DNA from: Eledone cirrhosa | Taxonomy: Eukaryota | Assembly (NCBI GenBank): GCA_964016885.1 | Contig: OZ024745.1 | Span: 12,090,001-12,154,000 of the forward strand | Length of the DNA: 64,000 nt | Direction: 5' to 3' | Shown here: piece by piece, positions 30,001-45,000 of the stretch | How positions within the stretch are numbered: the first letter of the stretch is position 1 | How the letters are laid out: each line of letters opens with the position of its first letter | The notes under the pieces: model-generated | The model's database searches: none | Seen by the model: only the letters and a program-made list of their open reading frames with translations | Told to the model about the DNA's origin: nothing | Program-made: the position numbers and the translations under genes

Positions 30001-33000
30001 CCTAAATGAAACAAACCTAGTTATGTCTCTGGTAATGTTTGTTCTCTTACCTAAATGAAACAAACCTAGTTATGTCCCTGGTAATGTTTGTTCTCTTACC
30101 TAAATGAAACAAGCCTAGTTATGTCCCTGGTAATGTTTGTTCTCTTACCTAAATGAAACAAGCCTAGTTATGTCCCTGGTAATGTTTGTTCTCTTACCTA
30201 AATGAAACAAAACTAGTTATGTCCCTGGTAATGTTTGTTCTCTTACCTAAATGAAACAAGCCTAGTTATGTCCCTGGTAATGTTTGTTCTCTTACCTAAA
30301 TGAAACAAACCTAGTTATGTCCCTGGTAATGTTTGTTCTCTTACCTAAATGAAACAAACCTAGTTATGTCCCTGGTAATGTTTGTTCTCTTACCTAAATG
30401 AAACAAACCTAGTTATGTCCCTGGTAATGTTTGTTCTCTTACCTAAATGAAACAAACCTTGTTATGTCCCTGGTAATGTTTGTTCTCTTACCTAAATGAA
30501 ACAAACTTAGTTATGTCCCTGGTAATGTTTGTTCTCTTACCTAAATGAAACAAACCTAGTTATGTCCCTGGTAATGTTTGTTCTCTTACCTAAATGAAAC
30601 AAACCTAGTTATGTCCTTGGTAATGTTTGTTCTCTTACCTAAATGAAACAAACCTAGTTATGTCTCTGGTAATGTTTGTTCTCTTACCTAAATGAAACAA
30701 ACCTAGTTATGTCCCTGGTAATGTTTGTTCTCTTACCTAAATGAAACAAACCTAGTTATGTCCCTGGTAATGTTTGTTCTCTTACCTAAATGAAACAAAA
30801 CTAGTTATGTCCCTGGTAATGTTTGTTCTCTTACCTAAATGAAACAAGCCTAGTTATGTCCCTGGTAATGTTTGATCTCTTACCTAAATGAAACAAGCCT
30901 AGTTATGTCCCTGGTAATGTTTGTTCTCTTACCTAAATGAAACAAACCTAGTTATGTCCCTGGTAATATTTGTTCTCTTACCTAAATGAAACAAAACTAG
31001 TTATGTCCCTGGTAATGTTTGTTCTCTTACCTAAATGAAACAAGCCTAGTTATGTCCCTGGTAATGTTTGTTCTCTTACCTAAATGAAACAAACCTAGTT
31101 ATGTCCCTGGTAATGTTTGTTCTCTTACCTAAATGAAACAAACCTAGTTATGTCCCTGGTAATGTTTGTTCTCTTACCTAAATGAAACAAACTTAGTTAT
31201 GTCCCTGGTAATGTTTGTTCTCTTACCTAAATGAAACAAACCTAGTTATGTCCCTGGTAATGTTTGTTCTCTTACCTAAATGAATCAAACCTAGTTATGT
31301 CCCTGGTAATGTTTGTTCTCTTACCTAGATGAAACAAGCCTAGTTATGTCCCTGGTAATGTTTGTTCTCTTACCTAAATGAAACAAACCTAGTTATGTCC
31401 CTGGTAATGTTTGTTCTCTTACCTAAATGAAACAAACCTAGTTATGTCCCTGGTAATGTTTGTTCTCTTACCTAAATGAAACAAACTTAGTTATGTCCCT
31501 GGTAATGTTTGTTCTCTTACCTAAATGAAACAAACCTAGTTATGTCCCTGGTAATGTTTGTTCTCTTACCTAAATGAAACAAACTTAGTTATGTCCCTGG
31601 TAATGTTTGTTCTCTTACCTAAATGAAACAAACCTTGTTATGTCCCTGGTAATGTTTGTTCTCTTACCTAAATGAAACAAACCTAGTTATGTCCCTGGTA
31701 ATGTTTGTTCTCTTACCTAAATGAAACAAGCCTTGTTATGTCCCTGGTAATGTTTGTTCTCCTACCTAAATGAAACAAACCTTGTTATGTTCCTGGTAAT
31801 GTTTGTTCTCTTACCTAAATGAAACAAACTTAGTTATGTCCCTGGTAATGTTTGTTCTCTTACCTAAATGAAACAAACCTAGTTATGTCCCTGGTAATGT
31901 TTGTTCTCTTACCTAAATGAAACAAACCTAGTTATGTCCCTGGTAATGTTTGTTCTCTTACCTAAATGAAACAAACCTAGTTATGTCTCTGGTAATGTTT
32001 GTTCTCTTACCTAAATGAAACAAACCTAGTTATGTCCCTGGTAATGTTTGTTCTCTTACCTAAATGAAACAAACCTAGTTATGTCCCTGGTAATGTTTGT
32101 TCTCTTACCTAAATGAAACAAACCTAGTTATGTCCCTGGTAATGTTTGTTCTCTTACCTAGATGAAACAAGCCTAATTATGTCCCTGGTAATGTTTGTTC
32201 TCTTACCTAAATGAAACAAACCTAGTTATGTCCCTGGTAATGTTTGTTCTCTTACCTAAATGAAAGAAGCCTAGTTATGTCCCTGGTAATGTTTGTTCTC
32301 TTACCTAAATGAAACAAGCCTAGTTATGTCCCTGGTAATGTTTGTTCTCTTACCTAAATGAAACAAACTTAGTTATGTCCCTGGTAATGTTTGTTCTCTT
32401 ACCTAAATGAAACAAACCTAGTTATGTCCCTGGTAATGTTTGTTCTCTTACCTAAATGAAACAAACCTAGTTATGTCTCTGGTAATGTTTGTTCTCTTAC
32501 CTAAATGAAACAAACCTAGTTATGTCCCTGGTAATGTTTGTTCTCTTACCTAAATGAAACAAACCTAGTTATGTCTCTGGTAATGTTTGTTCTCTTACCT
32601 AAATGAAACAAACCTAGTTATGTCCCTGGTAATGTTTGTTCTCTTACCTAAATGAAACAAGCCTAGTTATGTCCCTGGTAATGTTTGTTCTCTTACCTAA
32701 ATGAAACAAGCCTAGTTATGTCCCTGGTAATGTTTGTTCTCTTACCTAAATGAAACAAAACTAGTTATGTCCCTGGTAATGTTTGTTCTCTTACCTAAAT
32801 GAAACAAGCCTAGTTATGTCCCTGGTAATGTTTGTTCTCTTACCTAAATGAAACAAACCTAGTTATGTCCCTGGTAATGTTTGTTCTCTTACCTAAATGA
32901 AACAAACCTAGTTATGTCCCTGGTAATGTTTGTTCTCTTACCTAAATGAAACAAACCTAGTTATGTCTCTGGTAATGTTTGTTCTCTTACCTAAATGAAA

Positions 33001-36000
33001 CAAACCTAGTTATGTCCCTGGTAATGTTTGTTCTCTTACCTAAATGAAACAAGCCTAGTTATGTCCCTGGTAATGTTTGTTCTCTTACCTAAATGAAACA
33101 AACCTAGTTATGTCCCTGGTAATGTTTGTTCTCTTACCTAAATGAAACAAACCTAGTTATGTCCCTGGTAATGTTTGTTCTCTTACCTAAATGAAACAAA
33201 CCTAGTTATGTCTCTGGTAATGTTTGTTCTCTTACCTAAATGAAACAAACCTAGTTATGTCCCTGGTAATGTTTGTTCTCTTACCTAAATGAAACAAGCC
33301 TAGTTATGTCCCTGGTAATGTTTGTTCTCTTACCTAAATGAATCAAACCTAGTTATGTCCCTGGTAATGTTTGTTCTCTTACCTAGATGAAACAAGCCTA
33401 GTTATGTCCCTGGTAATGTTTGTTCTCTTACCTAAATGAAACAAACCTAGTTATGTCCCTGGTAATGTTTGTTCTCTTACCTAAATGAAACAAACCTAGT
33501 TATGTCCCTGGTAATGTTTGTTCTCTTACCTAAATGAAACAAACTTAGTTATGTCCCTGGTAATGTTTGTTCTCTTACCTAAATGAAACAAACCTAGTTA
33601 TGTCCCTGGTAATGTTTGTTCTCTTACCTAAATGAAACAAACTTAGTTATGTCCCTGGTAATGTTTGTTCTCTTACCTAAATGAAACAAACCTTGTTATG
33701 TCCCTGGTAATGTTTGTTCTCTTACCTAAATGAAACAAACCTAGTTATGTCCCTGGTAATGTTTGTTCTCTTACCTAAATGAAACAAGCCTTGTTATGTC
33801 CCTGGTAATGTTTGTTCTCCTACCTAAATGAAACAAACCTTGTTATGTTCCTGGTAATGTTTGTTCTCTTACCTAAATGAAACAAACTTAGTTATGTCCC
33901 TGGTAATGTTTGTTCTCTTACCTAAATGAAACAAACCTAGTTATGTCCCTGGTAATGTTTGTTCTCTTACCTAAATGAAACAAACCTAGTTATGTCCCTG
34001 GTAATGTTTGTTCTCTTACCTAAATGAAACAAACCTAGTTATGTCTCTGGTAATGTTTGTTCTCTTACCTAAATGAAACAAACCTAGTTATGTCCCTGGT
34101 AATGTTTGTTCTCTTACCTAAATGAAACAAACCTAGTTATGTCCCTGGTAATGTTTGTTCTCTTACCTAAATGAAACAAACCTAGTTATGTCCCTGGTAA
34201 TGTTTGTTCTCTTACCTAGATGAAACAAGCCTAATTATGTCCCTGGTAATGTTTGTTCTCTTACCTAAATGAAACAAACCTAGTTATGTCCCTGGTAATG
34301 TTTGTTCTCTTACCTAAATGAAAGAAGCCTAGTTATGTCCCTGGTAATGTTTGTTCTCTTACCTAAATGAAACAAACCTAGTTATGTCCCTGGTAATGTT
34401 TGTTCTCTTACCTAAATGAAACAAACCTAGTTATGTCCCTGGTAATGTTTGTTCTCTTACCTAAATGAAACAAACCTAGTTATGTCCCTGGTAATGTTTG
34501 TTCTCTTACCTAAATGAAACAAACCTAGTTATGTCCTTGGTAATGTTTGTTCTCTTACCTAAATGAAACAAACCTAGTTATGTCCCTGGTAATGTTTGTT
34601 CTCTTACCTAAATGAAACAAACCTAGTTATGTCCCTGGTAATGTTTGTTCTCTTACCTAAATGAAACAAACCTAGTTATGTCCCTGGTAATGTTTGTTCT
34701 CTTACCTAAATGAAACAAGCCTAGTTATGTCCCTGGTAATGTTTGTTCTCTTACCTAAATGAAACAAGCCTAGTTATGTCCCTGGTAATGTTTGTTCTCT
34801 TACCTAAATGAAACAAACCTAGTTATGTCCCTGGTAATGTTTGTTCTCTTACCTAAATGAAACAAACCTAGTTATGTCCCTGGTAATGTTTGTTCTCTTA
34901 CCTAAATGAAACAAACCTAGTTATGTCCCTGGTAATGTTTGTTCTCTTACCTAAATGAAACAAACCTAGTTATGTCCCTGGTAATGTTTGTTCTCTTACC
35001 TAAATGAAACAAACCTAGTTATGTCCCTGGTAATGTTTGTTCTCTTACCTAAATGAAACAAACCTAGTTATGTCCCTGGTAATGTTTGTTCTCTTACCTA
35101 AATGAAACAAACCTAGTTATGTCCCTGGTAATGTTTGTTCTCTTACCTAAATGAAACAAACCTAGTTATGTCCCTGGTAATGTTTGTTCTCTTACCTAAA
35201 TGAAACAAACCTAGTTATGTCCCTGGTAATGTTTGTTCTCTTACCTAAATGAAACAAACCTAGTTATGTCCCTGGTAATGTTTGTTCTCTTACCTAAATG
35301 AAACAAACCTAGTTATGTCCCTGGTAATGTTTGTTCTCTTACCTAAATGAAACAACCTAGTTATGTCCCTGGTAATGTTTGTTCTCTTACCTAAATGAAA
35401 CAAACCTAGTTATGTCCCTGGTAATGTTTGTTCTCTTACCTAAATGAAACAAACCTAGTTATGTCCCTGGTAATGTTTGTTCTCTTACCTAAATGAAACA
35501 ACCTAGTTATGTCCCTGGTAATGTTTGTTCTCTTACCTAAATGAAACAAACCTAGTTATGTCCCTGGTAATGTTTGTTCTCTTACCTAAATGAAACAAAC
35601 CTAGTTATGTCCCTGGTAATGTTTGTTCTCTTACCTAAATGAAACAAACCTAGTTATGTCCCTGGTAATGTTTGTTTGTTCTCTTACCTAAATGAAACAA
35701 ACCTAGTTATGTCCCTGGTAATGTTTGTTCTCTTACCTAAATGAAACAAACCTAGTTATGTCCCTGGTAAAAAGTTTGTTCTCTTACCTAAATGAAACAA
35801 ACCTTGTTATGTCCCTGGTAGTGTTTGTTCTCTTACCTAAATGAAACAAACTTAGTTATGTCCCTGGTAATGTTTGTTCTCTTACCTAAATGAAACAAAC
35901 CTAGTTATGTCCCTGGTAATGTTTGTTCTCTTACCTAAATGAAACAAACCTAGTTATGTCCCTGGTAATGGTTGTTCTCTTACCTAAATGAAACAAACCT

Positions 36001-39000
36001 AGTTATGTCCCTGGTAATGTTTGTTCTCTTACCTAAATGAAACAAACTTAGTTATGTCCCTGGTAATGTTTGTTCTCTTACCTAAATGAAACCTACCTAG
36101 TTATGTCCCTGGTAATGTTTGTTCTCTTACCTAAATGAAACAAACTTAGTTATGTCCCTGGTAATGTTTGTTCTCTTACCTAAATGAAACAAACCTTGTT
36201 ATGTCCCTGGTAATGTTTGTTCTCTTACCTAAATGAAACAAACCTAGTTATGTCCCTGGTAATGTTTGTTCTATTACCTAAATGAAACAAGCCTTGTTAT
36301 GTCCCTGGTAATGTTTGTTCTCCTACCTAAATGAAACAAACCTTGTTATGTCCCTGGTAATGTTTGTTCTCTTACCTAAATGAAACAAACCTAGTTATGT
36401 CCCTGGTAATGTTTGTTCTCTTACCTAAATGAAACAAACCTAGTTATGTCCCTGGTAATGTTTGTTCTCTTACCTAAATGAAACAAACCTAGTTATGTCT
36501 CTGGTAATGTTTGTTCTCTTACCTAAATGAAACAAACCTAGTTATGTCCCTGGTAATGTTTGTTCTCTTACCTAAATGAAACAAGCCTAGTTATGTCCCT
36601 GGTAATGTTTGTTCTCTTACCTAAATGAAACAAACCTAGTTATGTCTCTGGTAATGTTTGTTCTCTTACCTAAATGAAACAAGCCTAGTTATGTCCCTGG
36701 TAATGTTTGTTCTCTTACCTAAATGAAACAAACCTAGTTATGTCCCTGGTAATGTTTGTTCTCTTACCTAAATGAAACAAACCTAGTTATGTCTCTGGTA
36801 ATGTTTGTTCTCTTACCTAAATGAAACAAACCTAGTTATGTCCCTGGTAATGTTTGTTCTATTACCTAAATGAAACAAGCCTTGTTATGTCCCTGGTAAT
36901 GTTTGTTCTCCTACCTAAATGAAACAAACCTTGTTATGTCCCTGGTAATGTTTGTTCTCTTACCTAAATGAAACAAACCTAGTTATGTCCCTGGTAATGT
37001 TTGTTCTCTTACCTAAATGAAACAAACCTAGTTATGTCCCTGGTAATGTTTGTTCTCTTACCTAAATGAAACAAACCTAGTTATGTCTCTGGTAATGTTT
37101 GTTCTCTTACCTAAATGAAACAAACCTAGTTATGTCCCTGGTAATGTTTGTTCTCTTACCTAAATGAAACAAGCCTAGTTATGTCCCTGGTAATGTTTGT
37201 TCTCTTACCTAAATGAAACAAACCTAGTTATGTCTCTGGTAATGTTTGTTCTCTTACCTAAATGAAACAAGCCTAGTTATGTCCCTGGTAATGTTTGTTC
37301 TCTTACCTAAATGAAACAAACCTAGTTATGTCCCTGGTAATGTTTGTTCTCTTACCTAAATGAAACAAACCTAGTTATGTCTCTGGTAATGTTTGTTCTC
37401 TTACCTAAATGAAACAAACCTAGTTATGTCCCTGGTAATGTTTGTTCTCTTACCTAAATGAAACAAACCTAGTTATGTCCCTGGTAATGTTTGTTCTCTT
37501 ACCTAAATGAAACAAGCCTTGTTATGTCCCTGGTAATGTTTGTTCTCCTACCTAAATGAAACAAACCTTGTTATGTTCCTGGTAATGTTTGTTCTCTTAC
37601 CTAAATGAAACAAACTTAGTTATGTCCCTGGTAATGTTTGTTCTCTTACCTAAATGAAACAAACCTAGTTATGTCCCTGGTAATGTTTGTTCTCTTACCT
37701 AAATGAAACAAACCTAGTTATGTCCCTGGTAATGTTTGTTCTCTTACCTAAATGAAACAAACCTAGTTATGTCTCTGGTAATGTTTGTTCTCTTACCTAA
37801 ATGAAACAAACCTAGTTATGTCCCTGGTAATGTTTGTTCTCTTACCTAAATGAAACAAACCTAGTTATGTCCCTGGTAATGTTTGTTCTCTTACCTAAAT
37901 GAAACAAACCTAGTTATGTCCCTGGTAATGTTTGTTCTCTTACCTAAATGAAACAAACCTAGTTATGTCCCTGGTAATGTTTGTTCTCTTACCTAAATGA
38001 AACAAACTTAGTTATGTCCCTGGTAATGTTTGTTCTCTTACCTAAATGAAACCTACCTAGTTATGTCCCTGGTAATGTTTGTTCTCTTACCTAAATGAAA
38101 CAAACTTAGTTATGTCCCTGGTAATGTTTGTTCTCTTACCTAAATGAAACAAACCTTGTTATGTACCTGGTAATGTTTGTTCTCTTACCTAAATGAAACA
38201 AACCTAGTTATGTCCCTGGTAATGTTTGTTCTATTACCTAAATGAAACAAGCCTTGTTATGTCCCTGGTAATGTTTGTTCTCCTACCTAAATGAAACAAA
38301 CCTTGTTATGTCCCTGGTAATGTTTGTTCTCTTACCTAAATGAAACAAACCTAGTTATGTCCCTGGTAATGTTTGTTCTCTTACCTAAATGAAACAAACC
38401 TAGTTATGTCCCTGGTAATGTTTGTTCTCTTACCTAAATGAAACAAACCTAGTTATGTCTCTGGTAATGTTTGTTCTCTTACCTAAATGAAACAAACCTA
38501 GTTATGTCCCTGGTAATGTTTGTTCTCTTACCTAAATGAAACAAGCCTAGTTATGTCCCTGGTAATGTTTGTTCTCTTACCTAAATGAAACAAACCTAGT
38601 TATGTCTCTGGTAATGTTTGTTCTCTTACCTAAATGAAACAAGCCTAGTTATGTCCCTGGTAATGTTTGTTCTCTTACCTAAATGAAACAAACCTAGTTA
38701 TGTCCCTGGTAATGTTTGTTCTCTTACCTAAATGAAACAAACCTAGTTATGTCTCTGGTAATGTTTGTTCTCTTACCTAAATGAAACAAACCTAGTTATG
38801 TCCCTGGTAATGTTTGTTCTATTACCTAAATGAAACAAGCCTTGTTATGTCCCTGGTAATGTTTGTTCTCCTACCTAAATGAAACAAACCTTGTTATGTC
38901 CCTGGTAATGTTTGTTCTCTTACCTAAATGAAACAAACCTAGTTATGTCCCTGGTAATGTTTGTTCTCTTACCTAAATGAAACAAACCTAGTTATGTCCC

Positions 39001-42000
39001 TGGTAATGTTTGTTCTCTTACCTAAATGAAACAAACCTAGTTATGTCTCTGGTAATGTTTGTTCTCTTACCTAAATGAAACAAACCTAGTTATGTCCCTG
39101 GTAATGTTTGTTCTCTTACCTAAATGAAACAAGCCTAGTTATGTCCCTGGTAATGTTTGTTCTCTTACCTAAATGAAACAAACCTAGTTATGTCTCTGGT
39201 AATGTTTGTTCTCTTACCTAAATGAAACAAGCCTAGTTATGTCCCTGGTAATGTTTGTTCTCTTACCTAAATGAAACAAACCTAGTTATGTCCCTGGTAA
39301 TGTTTGTTCTCTTACCTAAATGAAACAAACCTAGTTATGTCTCTGGTAATGTTTGTTCTCTTACCTAAATGAAACAAACCTAGTTATGTCCCTGGTAATG
39401 TTTGTTCTCTTACCTAAATGAAACAAACCTAGTTATGTCCCTGGTAATGTTTGTTCTCTTACCTAAATGAAACAAGCCTTGTTATGTCCCTGGTAATGTT
39501 TGTTCTCCTACCTAAATGAAACAAACCTTGTTATGTTCCTGGTAATGTTTGTTCTCTTACCTAAATGAAACAAACTTAGTTATGTCCCTGGTAATGTTTG
39601 TTCTCTTACCTAAATGAAACAAACCTAGTTATGTCCCTGGTAATGTTTGTTCTCTTACCTAAATGAAACAAACCTAGTTATGTCCCTGGTAATGTTTGTT
39701 CTCTTACCTAAATGAAACAAACCTAGTTATGTCTCTGGTAATGTTTGTTCTCTTACCTAAATGAAACAAACCTAGTTATGTCCCTGGTAATGTTTGTTCT
39801 CTTACCTAAATGAAACAAACCTAGTTATGTCCCTGGTAATGTTTGTTCTCTTACCTAAATGAAACAAACCTAGTTATGTCCCTGGTAATGTTTGTTCTCT
39901 TACCTAGATGAAACAAGCCTAATTATGTCCCTGGTAATGTTTGTTCTCTTACCTAAATGAAACAAACCTAGTTATGTCCCTGGTAATGTTTGTTCTCTTA
40001 CCTAAATGAAAGAAGCCTAGTTATGTCCCTGGTAATGTTTGTTCTCTTACCTAAATGAAACAAGCCTAGTTATGTCCCTGGTAATGTTTGTTCTCTTACC
40101 TAAATGAAACAAACTTAGTTATGTCCCTGGTAATGTTTGTTCTCTTACCTAAATGAAACAAACCTAGTTATGTCCCTGGTAATGTTTGTTCTCTTACCTA
40201 AATGAAACAAACCTAGTTATGTCTCTGGTAATGTTTGTTCTCTTACCTAAATGAAACAAACCTAGTTATGTCCCTGGTAATGTTTGTTCTCTTACCTAAA
40301 TGAAACAAACCTAGTTATGTCTCTGGTAATGTTTGTTCTCTTACCTAAATGAAACAAACCTAGTTATGTCCCTGGTAATGTTTGTTCTCTTACCTAAATG
40401 AAACAAGCCTAGTTATGTCCCTGGTAATGTTTGTTCTCTTACCTAAATGAAACAAGCCTAGTTATGTCCCTGGTAATGTTTGTTCTCTTACCTAAATGAA
40501 ACAAAACTAGTTATGTCCCTGGTAATGTTTGTTCTCTTACCTAAATGAAACAAGCCTAGTTATGTCCCTGGTAATGTTTGTTCTCTTACCTAAATGAAAC
40601 AAACCTAGTTATGTCCCTGGTAATGTTTGTTCTCTTACCTAAATGAAACAAACCTAGTTATGTCCCTGGTAATGTTTGTTCTCTTACCTAAATGAAACAA
40701 ACCTAGTTATGTCCCTGGTAATGTTTGTTCTCTTACCTAAATGAAACAAACCTTGTTATGTCCCTGGTAATGTTTGTTCTCTTACCTAAATGAAACAAAC
40801 TTAGTTATGTCCCTGGTAATGTTTGTTCTCTTACCTAAATGAAACAAACCTAGTTATGTCCCTGGTAATGTTTGTTCTCTTACCTAAATGAAACAAACCT
40901 AGTTATGTCCTTGGTAATGTTTGTTCTCTTACCTAAATGAAACAAACCTAGTTATGTCTCTGGTAATGTTTGTTCTCTTACCTAAATGAAACAAACCTAG
41001 TTATGTCCCTGGTAATGTTTGTTCTCTTACCTAAATGAAACAAACCTAGTTATGTCCCTGGTAATGTTTGTTCTCTTACCTAAATGAAACAAAACTAGTT
41101 ATGTCCCTGGTAATGTTTGTTCTCTTACCTAAATGAAACAAGCCTAGTTATGTCCCTGGTAATGTTTGATCTCTTACCTAAATGAAACAAGCCTAGTTAT
41201 GTCCCTGGTAATGTTTGTTCTCTTACCTAAATGAAACAAACCTAGTTATGTCCCTGGTAATATTTGTTCTCTTACCTAAATGAAACAAAACTAGTTATGT
41301 CCCTGGTAATGTTTGTTCTCTTACCTAAATGAAACAAGCCTAGTTATGTCCCTGGTAATGTTTGTTCTCTTACCTAAATGAAACAAACCTAGTTATGTCC
41401 CTGGTAATGTTTGTTCTCTTACCTAAATGAAACAAACCTAGTTATGTCCCTGGTAATGTTTGTTCTCTTACCTAAATGAAATAAACTTAGTTATGTCCCT
41501 GGTAATGTTTGTTCTCTTACCTAAATGAAACAAACCTAGTTATGTCCCTGGTAAAAGTTTGTTCTCTTACCTAAATGAAACAAACCTAGTTATGTCCCTG
41601 GTAATGTTTGTTCTCTTACCTAAATGAAACAAACCTAGTTATGTCCCTGGTAATGTTTGTTCTCTTACCTAAATGAAACAAACCTAGTTATGTCCCTGGT
41701 AATGTTTGTTCTCTTACCTAAATGAAACAAACCTAGTTATATCCCTGGTAATGTTTGTTCTCTTACCTAAATGAAACAAACCTTGTTATGTCCCTGGTAG
41801 TGTTTGTTCTCTTACCTAAATGAAACAAACTTAGTTATGTCCCTGGTAATGTTTGTTCTCTTACCTAAATGAAACAAACCTAGTTATGTCCCTGGTAATG
41901 TTTGTTCTCTTACCTAAATGAAACAAACCTAGTTATGTCCCTGGTAATGTTTGTTCTCTTACCTAAATGAAACAAACCTAGTTATGTCCCTGGTAATGTT

Positions 42001-45000
42001 TGTTCTCTTACCTAAATGAAACAAACCTAGTTATGTCCCTGGTAATGTTTGTTCTCTTACCTAGATGAAACAAGCCTAATTATGTCCCTGGTAATGTTTG
42101 TTCTCTTACCTAAATGAAACAAACCTAGTTATGTCCCTGGTAATGTTTGTTCTCTTACCTAAATGAAAGAAGCCTAGTTATGTCCCTGGTAATGTTTGTT
42201 CTCTTACCTAAATGAAACAAGCCTAGTTATGTCCCTGGTAATGTTTGTTCTCTTACCTAAATGAAACAAACTTAGTTATGTCCCTGGTAATGTTTGTTCT
42301 CTTACCTAAATGAAACAAACCTAGTTATGTCCCTGGTAATGTTTGTTCTCTTACCTAAATGAAACAAACCTAGTTATGTCTCTGGTAATGTTTGTTCTCT
42401 TACCTAAATGAAACAAACCTAGTTATGTCCCTGGTAATGTTTGTTCTCTTACCTAAATGAAACAAACCTAGTTATGTCTCTGGTAATGTTTGTTCTCTTA
42501 CCTAAATGAAACAAACCTAGTTATGTCCCTGGTAATGTTTGTTCTCTTACCTAAATGAAACAAGCCTAGTTATGTCCCTGGTAATGTTTGTTCTCTTACC
42601 TAAATGAAACAAGCCTAGTTATGTCCCTGGTAATGTTTGTTCTCTTACCTAAATGAAACAAAACTAGTTATGTCCCTGGTAATGTTTGTTCTCTTACCTA
42701 AATGAAACAAGCCTAGTTATGTCCCTGGTAATGTTTGTTCTCTTACCTAAATGAAACAAACCTAGTTATGTCCCTGGTAATGTTTGTTCTCTTACCTAAA
42801 TGAAACAAACCTAGTTATGTCCCTGGTAATGTTTGTTCTCTTACCTAAATGAAACAAACCTAGTTATGTCCCTGGTAATGTTTGTTCTCTTACCTAAATG
42901 AAACAAACCTTGTTATGTCCCTGGTAATGTTTGTTCTCTTACCTAAATGAAACAAACTTAGTTATGTCCCTGGTAATGTTTGTTCTCTTACCTAAATGAA
43001 ACAAACCTAGTTATGTCCCTGGTAATGTTTGTTCTCTTACCTAAATGAAACAAACCTAGTTATGTCCTTGGTAATGTTTGTTCTCTTACCTAAATGAAAC
43101 AAACCTAGTTATGTCTCTGGTAATGTTTGTTCTCTTACCTAAATGAAACAAACCTAGTTATGTCCCTGGTAATGTTTGTTCTCTTACCTAAATGAAACAA
43201 GCCTAGTTATGTCCCTGGTAATGTTTGTTCTCTTACCTAAATGAAACAAAACTAGTTATGTCCCTGGTAATGTTTGTTCTCTTACCTAAATGAAACAAAC
43301 CTTGTTATGTCCCTGGTAATGTTTGTTCTCTTACCTAAATGAAACAAACCTAGTTATGTCCCTGGTAATGTTTGTTCTCTTACCTAAATGAAACAAAACT
43401 AGTTATGTCCCTGGTAATGTTTGTTCTCTTACCTAAATGAAACAAGCCTAGTTATGTCCCTGGTAATGTTTGATCTCTTACCTAAATGAAACAAGCCTAG
43501 TTATGTCCCTGGTAATGTTTGTTCTCTTACCTAAATGAAACAAACCTAGTTATGTCCCTGGTAATATTTGTTCTCTTACCTAAATGAAACAAAACTAGTT
43601 ATGTCCCTGGTAATGTTTGTTCTCTTACCTAAATGAAACAAGCCTAGTTATGTCCCTGGTAATGTTTGTTCTCTTACCTAAATGAAACAAACCTAGTTAT
43701 GTCCCTGGTAATGTTTGTTCTCTTACCTAAATGAAACAAACCTAGTTATGTCCCTGGTAATGTTTGTTCTCTTACCTAAATGAAACAAACTTAGTTATGT
43801 CCCTGGTAATGTTTGTTCTCTTACCTAAATGAAACAAACCTAGTTATGTCCCTGGTAAAAAGTTTGTTCTCTTACCTAAATGAAACAAACCTAGTTATGT
43901 CCCTGGTAATGTTTGTTCTCTTACCTAAATGAAACAAACCTAGTTATGTCCCTGGTAATGTTTGTTCTCTTACCTAAATGAAACAAACCTAGTTATGTCC
44001 CTGGTAATGTTTGTTCTCTTACCTAAATGAAACAAACCTAGTTATATCCCTGGTAATGTTTGTTCTCTTACCTAAATGAAACAAACCTTGTTATGTCCCT
44101 GGTAGTGTTTGTTCTCTTACCTAAATGAAACAAACTTAGTTATGTCCCTGGTAATGTTTGTTCTCTTACCTAAATGAAACAAACCTAGTTATGTCCCTGG
44201 TAATGTTTGTTCTCTTACCTAAATGAAACAAACCTAGTTATGTCCCTGGTAATGTTTGTTCTCTTACCTAAATGAAACAAACCTAGTTATGTCCCTGGTA
44301 ATGTTTGTTCTCTTACCTAAATGAAACAAACTTAGTTATGTCCCTGGTAATGTTTGTTCTCTTACCTAAATGAAACCTACCTAGTTATGTCCCTGGTAAT
44401 GTTTGTTCTCTTACCTAAATGAAACAAACTTAGTTATGTCCCTGGTAATGTTTGTTCTCTTACCTAAATGAAACAAACCTTGTTATGTCCCTGGTAATGT
44501 TTGTTCTCTTACCTAAATGAAACAAACCTAGTTATGTCCCTGGTAATGTTTGTTCTATTACCTAAATGAAACAAGCCTTGTTATGTCCCTGGTAATGTTT
44601 GTTCTCCTACCTAAATGAAACAAACCTTGTTATGTCCCTGGTAATGTTTGTTCTCTTACCTAAATGAAACAAACCTAGTTATGTCCCTGGTAATGTTTGT
44701 TCTCTTACCTAAATGAAACAAACCTAGTTATGTCCCTGGTAATGTTTGTTCTCTTACCTAAATGAAACAAACCTAGTTATGTCTCTGGTAATGTTTGTTC
44801 TCTTACCTAAATGAAACAAACCTAGTTATGTCCCTGGTAATGTTTGTTCTCTTACCTAAATGAAACAAGCCTAGTTATGTCCCTGGTAATGTTTGTTCTC
44901 TTACCTAAATGAAACAAACCTAGTTATGTCTCTGGTAATGTTTGTTCTCTTACCTAAATGAAACAAGCCTAGTTATGTCCCTGGTAATGTTTGTTCTCTT

